DNA of 64,000 bases from contig NW_027361708.1 in assembly GCF_039654945.1 (NCBI RefSeq), positions 14,570,001 through 14,634,000 of the forward strand. The letters run 5' to 3'. The first letter of the stretch is position 1, and the number at the start of each line of letters is the position of its first letter. Source of the DNA: Dendrobates tinctorius (taxonomy: Eukaryota). The notes beneath the pieces are model-generated. The model did no database searches. It worked only from the letters and a program-made list of their open reading frames with translations, and had not been told where the DNA came from. Below are positions 62,347-64,000 of the stretch, piece by piece. The position numbers were made by a program, and so were the translations under genes.

Positions 62347-63322
62347 TGTAGCATGTTAATGTTCTCAATGTTGCTTGTTATAAGAAATGATACTGCAGTA
62401 ATTTAGTTTGGCCACTAGAGGTCACCATGGAGAAACAGATAGAAAGCTCTGGAAACAGGAAGTTGTAAACTCTGGCTTTCGTGATGTAAATTTAAAGAAG
62501 GAGCCCTGCCTGAGAGACTGAGAAGGATCTAGAGCCTGAAGTGATCCAAATTGGACAGTTTGATCCAGAGGGAGCAGCTCTCATGAGTAGACTGAGATGT
62601 TAGTTAGGGAGAGTTAGATAGAAGTCGCAGCATATCCAAGAACGTTGCTGTTACTGAGTCTACCCATGGACTGATGGAGATTGTGTGAGCTCCTGTATAT
62701 CGAGACTCTGATAAAAATGTGAATGCCATAGAAGAGCTATGTGATGAATCTTCACCTGCACTTGTATCAGAGGATTTGGTGACCTAGAAAACTGATTAAA
62801 TCCAGTGGCCGGACATCAGAATAGTAAGTCCAGTGGTTTACTGTTGAGTATATTCTGTCAGGGCGTCCGCTCTGAGCGCTCGCAAAGAGGACAGTGCACT
62901 GTGCAGATATTGTGTTGGTTTAAGTTATTTGTGAAAATATATATATGTTTCAAGGGGAAAACAGGGTACCTGGCATCTATTGTAATTAAAACGTAAGGTG
63001 GTGTAAGATTATATACCTGTCACATGTCACAGTTGCGGTAGAACCCCACATAGGCCCAGTACTGGATAAGGAAGGGAGTGGCATAGTTTTGGGGTAGTCT
63101 TTCTCCTGTCCGTGAAGCTGGCACTAGGGATCTCTCAGGCTGCATAATTTGTATTTTGTGGCTTGTGGCTGTTGTGGCCCATATTTCACTGAGAAGTAAA
63201 ATCCTCTTATCTGTTTCACAAGTTATAAAGAGAAGCTGGTTTGGTATCAAATCATGGTCAGAGTCCTTCATAGCAGCGTCATATCCCATTCTCAAACGAC
63301 GACCGGCGTACGGGTCATTACA
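62347..63322. mobile_element. Probable solo LTR inserted in a T2-type MITE (MITE starts 62141)
   Basis: TGTA...TACA termini with GCAG on both sides; MITE arms on either side are mutually inverted (CTCTGCTC..GCTGATTG / CAATCAGC..GAGCAGAG). Confidence 0.65.
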
Positions 63323-63480
63323 GCAGCAGCCTAACTGCAGGAAGCCAGCTATCAATCAGCATGACATTGGCAGTGATGTCCAATTGACAGAGCAGAGTGG
63401 AAGAGAAGGACCTGCTCTGTTGGCGTGCAGTGAAATTAAGCCAGAGAGTCACTGCTTGAGCCGTGAGAGATCATCACAGG

Positions 63481-64000
63481 CAGGGCCAGCTCCAGGTTTT
63501 TGTGGGCCCCGGGCAAAAGTGTCTCAGTGTGCCCCTTTAACACGTACCACAATTCATGATGCACAGATACGGCAAAGAAATATAGGTATAGTACAATGCC
63601 AAAGATAGCACTTACTTCTTACATTACATGAGTGATCTCTATTGTAAAATTTACAATAGCTCAGAAACTAGCAAATTCTCGCAGAGCATAGTGCGTGCCC
63701 TAGTGGGGATTCAAAAGTTTTTATTTAAGACCGGACAGTATAGAACTCCATACAGTATTCTGGGCATCACATAGTCTTCCATACAGTTTATTGGGCACCA
63801 CATATTGCTTCTTACAGAATAATGAGCCTCATATAATGCTCCATACAGAATAATGAGCCCCATATATTGCTCCATACAATATAATGAGCCCCAAATATTG
63901 CTTCATACAGAATAATGGGCCTCATATAATGCTCCATACAATAAAATGAGCCCCAAATATTGCTTCATACAGAATAATGGGCCTCATATAATGCTCCATA
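63481..64000. mobile_element. MITE with ~35 bp minisatellite (63745-64000), cut by the window edge
   Basis: CAGGGCCAGCTCCAGG terminus-like start; tandem ATACAGAATAATGAGCCCCATATAATGCTCC units. Confidence 0.6.

Overview
Repeat-dense vertebrate genomic DNA. The repeat families and gene look anuran (frog); this is inference, not a database result. The only host gene is the 5' end of the photoreceptor cadherin CDHR1 on the + strand: coding exons 1-4 at 40307-40370, 41742-41837, 59927-60072 and 60216-60266, with an 18 kb intron 2. Almost everything upstream is transposon. A Tc1 element (6543-~29525) has been stretched to 23 kb by nested insertions whose target-site duplications (TSDs) are still readable: a palindromic Penelope/retrozyme-like unit, a solo LTR, and a 5'-truncated L1. 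The L1 itself holds another solo LTR, a rearranged Tf1/sushi-type chromovirus and a 9.6 kb hAT transposon. That hAT (18005-27619) is the most unusual object. It has a near-intact BED-finger transposase, an 18 x 130 bp array upstream, and downstream a G-U-biased ~140 nt hairpin, a 124 bp array, an antisense-oriented ~480 bp decayed 18S rRNA fragment and a diverged copy of part of a transposase. A related hAT in CDHR1 intron 2 (46612-52063) carries a TRIM B-box fragment in the equivalent position. Also present: Helitrons, piggyBac-like and Tc1/pogo/Harbinger/T2 MITEs, an ERV remnant, minimal hammerhead-like motifs and a hATm-like transposase fragment. All alignments were done by eye.
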